Shown: piece by piece, positions 62,153 through 64,000 of the stretch
Layout: every line of letters starts with the position of its first letter
Numbering within the stretch: the stretch's first letter is position 1
DNA from: Amphiura filiformis
Taxonomy: Eukaryota
Length of the DNA: 64,000 nucleotides
Assembly (NCBI RefSeq): GCF_039555335.1
Contig: NC_092633.1
Span: 21,100,334 to 21,164,333 of the forward strand
Direction: 5' to 3'
The notes under the pieces: generated by a model
Database searches by the model: none
What the model saw: the letters and a program-made list of their open reading frames with translations, nothing else
What the model was told of the DNA's origin: nothing
Made by a program: the position numbers and the translations under genes

Positions 62153-62559
62153 AGGGGGGGGGGGTCAAAATTCAAAATTGCTCAAATTGTGTTGAAATCA
62201 ATTCCACAATATTCCTCTAGCAATAAGAATTCAGAAAATATATAATCTGACATATCTACTACATATCAGTCTTGAGTTACTAGTGGAAAAGATCGAAGGT
62301 CATGCTACATTTGGGCTTCACGGGCTTGACATGGGTCAAAACAGAAAATATCCTTTGATTTTGACGAATATGGCCTCAAACTGTTTATCTTGTTATAACA
62401 ATCCAAAACTAATAGTTTGCACTACGTAGGACATTTTGTTATCAATGAAACACAGCATAGATCACAGTCAGAGGAATCAATGGGTACTGACCCATTTCGC
62501 TGCGTTACCTAACTAATAAAATGCCATAGTAAAAACTATTCTTTTTCAATTGTTATAAT

Positions 62560-63360
62560 ATCCCAGCAAACACAAAAACGTTTTAAAAACGTTTTTAATA
62601 AGTCATATTTTGGCTTTTGGTTTACATAAAAACGTTTTAATAACATTAAAATGTCGGGTTATTTAAAGGTCATGAAAACGTTTTTAAAACGTTGTTGCAA
62701 ATATTTTAGGCAAACATTTTTCGCAAAATATTTTTTCAACCACAAAATAACATTCTGTTTAGAATGTTTTGTATCAAGTTTTCAAAAATGTTTTAAAACG
62801 TTTTGTATGAAAACACACTACAACAATATTTTTAAAATGTTTTCAAAAATGTTATTGTAAACTATTTTTGCAAACATTTTTTGCAAATATTTTGTCAACA
62901 CTTAAATAACATTATGTTAAAATATTTGCACCCAGCAAACACAGAAATGTTCTTAAAATGTATTTTTGAAAACGTTTTAATAACATTTTAAAAATGTCGG
63001 GCTATATAAAGGTCATGAAAATGTTTTTAAAACGTTGTTGCAAATATTTTAGGCAAACATTTTTCGCAAAATATTTTTTCAACCACAAAATAACATTCTG
63101 TTTAGAATGTTTTGTATAAAGAATACAAAAATGTTTTTGGAATGTTATTAAAACGTTTTTATACCCTTTATATAACCCGGCATTTCAACATTTTCTGTAA
63201 AACATTTTTTGTTTGCGCAGCAGTACATTATCAAAAAATGATTTTTAATGGTATGAAAACGTTTTATACCCTTTATATAACCCGACATTTAAACGTTTTT
63301 TGACAACCTTTTATAACCTTTTGCGAATGATGTCGAAAACGTTTTGTGTTTGCTGGGATA
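62560..63360. mobile_element. Full-length member of the same MITE family (TIR cccagcaaacac...gtgtttgctggg) with an internal ~340-bp tandem duplication
   Basis: 5' end atcccagcaaacacaaaaacgtttt at 62562. 3' end aaaacgttttgtgtttgctggg at 63335-63357. 62620-62760 repeats at 62960-63110. Confidence 0.6.
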
Positions 63361-63384
63361 ACAGGATAAACAAGTTTTAACAAT

Positions 63385-63485
63385 TTTCATCAAAATCGGA
63401 TATTTTCTATTCGACCTTTTTGCTAATTATTCCTCCTAATACCCTCTTACCCCAGGCTTGATAACTATTGCGCAGCCATTTATTT
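63385..63485. repeat. Poly-C-tract dispersed repeat (member 4, partial)
   Basis: See 48450-48500. Confidence 0.4.
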
Positions 63486-63730
63486 CAGCGCCATCAGTTT
63501 TGACGACTATGTATCTTCACAACTGATGGCAGTACCGCGAAATTCTGCGGGTGCGAATAACGTGCAACTTGGATCATGCTTGGATTAAGCCATTACTGCG
63601 GAAACATTTTTTAAAGGCACAGGTTGAAAATCCTCATTTCCCATAGAAATGGGCAGACTATATTAACAAAAGTAGGTGTAAATTGGACCTTATTCGCCAC
63701 GATGTGACTTTATATTATATGCGATGCAAG

Positions 63731-63793
63731 GAAGAAGAAGAAGAAGAAGAAGAAGAAGAAGAAGAAGAAGAAGAAGAAGAAGAAGAAGAGGAA
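63731..63793 (+). repeat. (GAA)n microsatellite, about 21 units
   Basis: gaagaagaag... The poly-Arg ORF at 63724.. is an artefact. Confidence 0.95.
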
Positions 63794-64000
63794 ATCGCCT
63801 TGATCGAAGGATGAAATGTAAAAATTTGTCACTTTTGAAAGGAGGAACAGTAGCGGGCCGAGGACTGTGGCCTGGGGCACACCTGATAAAACTTTGGCTG
63901 ATGTAGAACGTTCTTCTTCAAGAACAACTGTCTGCGAGCGTGATTTAATGTAAGGAACCCTGAGATCCAGTAAATATTTCCAGTAATACCAAAATGTCTC

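Noticed and set aside
63724-63906. ORF beginning with a poly-Arg run
   Set aside because: It is a translation of the (GAA)n microsatellite.
1-64000. Search for a prokaryotic defence or biosynthetic 'system', prompted by the task framing
   Set aside because: The sequence lacks bacterial gene organisation entirely. Coding density is low and ORFs longer than 150 aa are all retrotransposon-derived. It is rich in MITEs, LINEs, satellites, microsatellites and poly(A). The novel content is transposon and repeat biology.

Overview
This window is eukaryotic, almost certainly metazoan and probably from an AT-rich invertebrate genome. It is not a prokaryotic locus. There are no operons, no long intron-free host ORFs and no CRISPR array. 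The only protein-coding capacity I can support belongs to retrotransposons. Three layers of structure explain almost all of the window.

(1) A higher-order tandem 'macro-repeat' of about 11-13 kb occurs as three copies: about 1067-11020, 12299-25620, and 25621 onward, with the third collapsed and mosaic. Each copy carries the same ordered landmarks: a C/A-rich low-complexity patch, a 49-bp satellite array, and conserved flanks. The copies differ by private transposon insertions, deletions and array-size changes.

(2) Two non-LTR retrotransposons lie on the minus strand. One is a nearly full-length CR1/L2-clade LINE (36546-41050) with APE and RT domains and a classic L2 C-terminus, broken by only two frameshifts. 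The other is a 5'-truncated L1-clade LINE (18884-22688) with a poly(A) tail, an 11-bp target-site duplication (TSD) and a post-insertion 1.7-kb internal tandem duplication. Decayed CR1/L2-type 3' tails also occur on the plus strand.

(3) Many non-autonomous DNA transposons (MITEs) and hairpin elements are scattered through the window. Their TSDs are TTA, TTAA, TA and 5 bp. Several can be compared with paralogous empty sites inside the window.

The 3' third (42-64 kb) is repeat-poor apart from MITE copies, microsatellites ((ATT)n, (GAA)n, poly-T), poly-C-containing dispersed repeats and a 2-kb segmental tandem duplication. A speculative host gene (splice-like signals around 51.2, 53.1 and 58.8-59.1 kb) is weak, because its last putative exon overlaps MITE-derived sequence. 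I found nothing resembling a defence or biosynthetic system. The interest of this window lies in its transposon and repeat dynamics.
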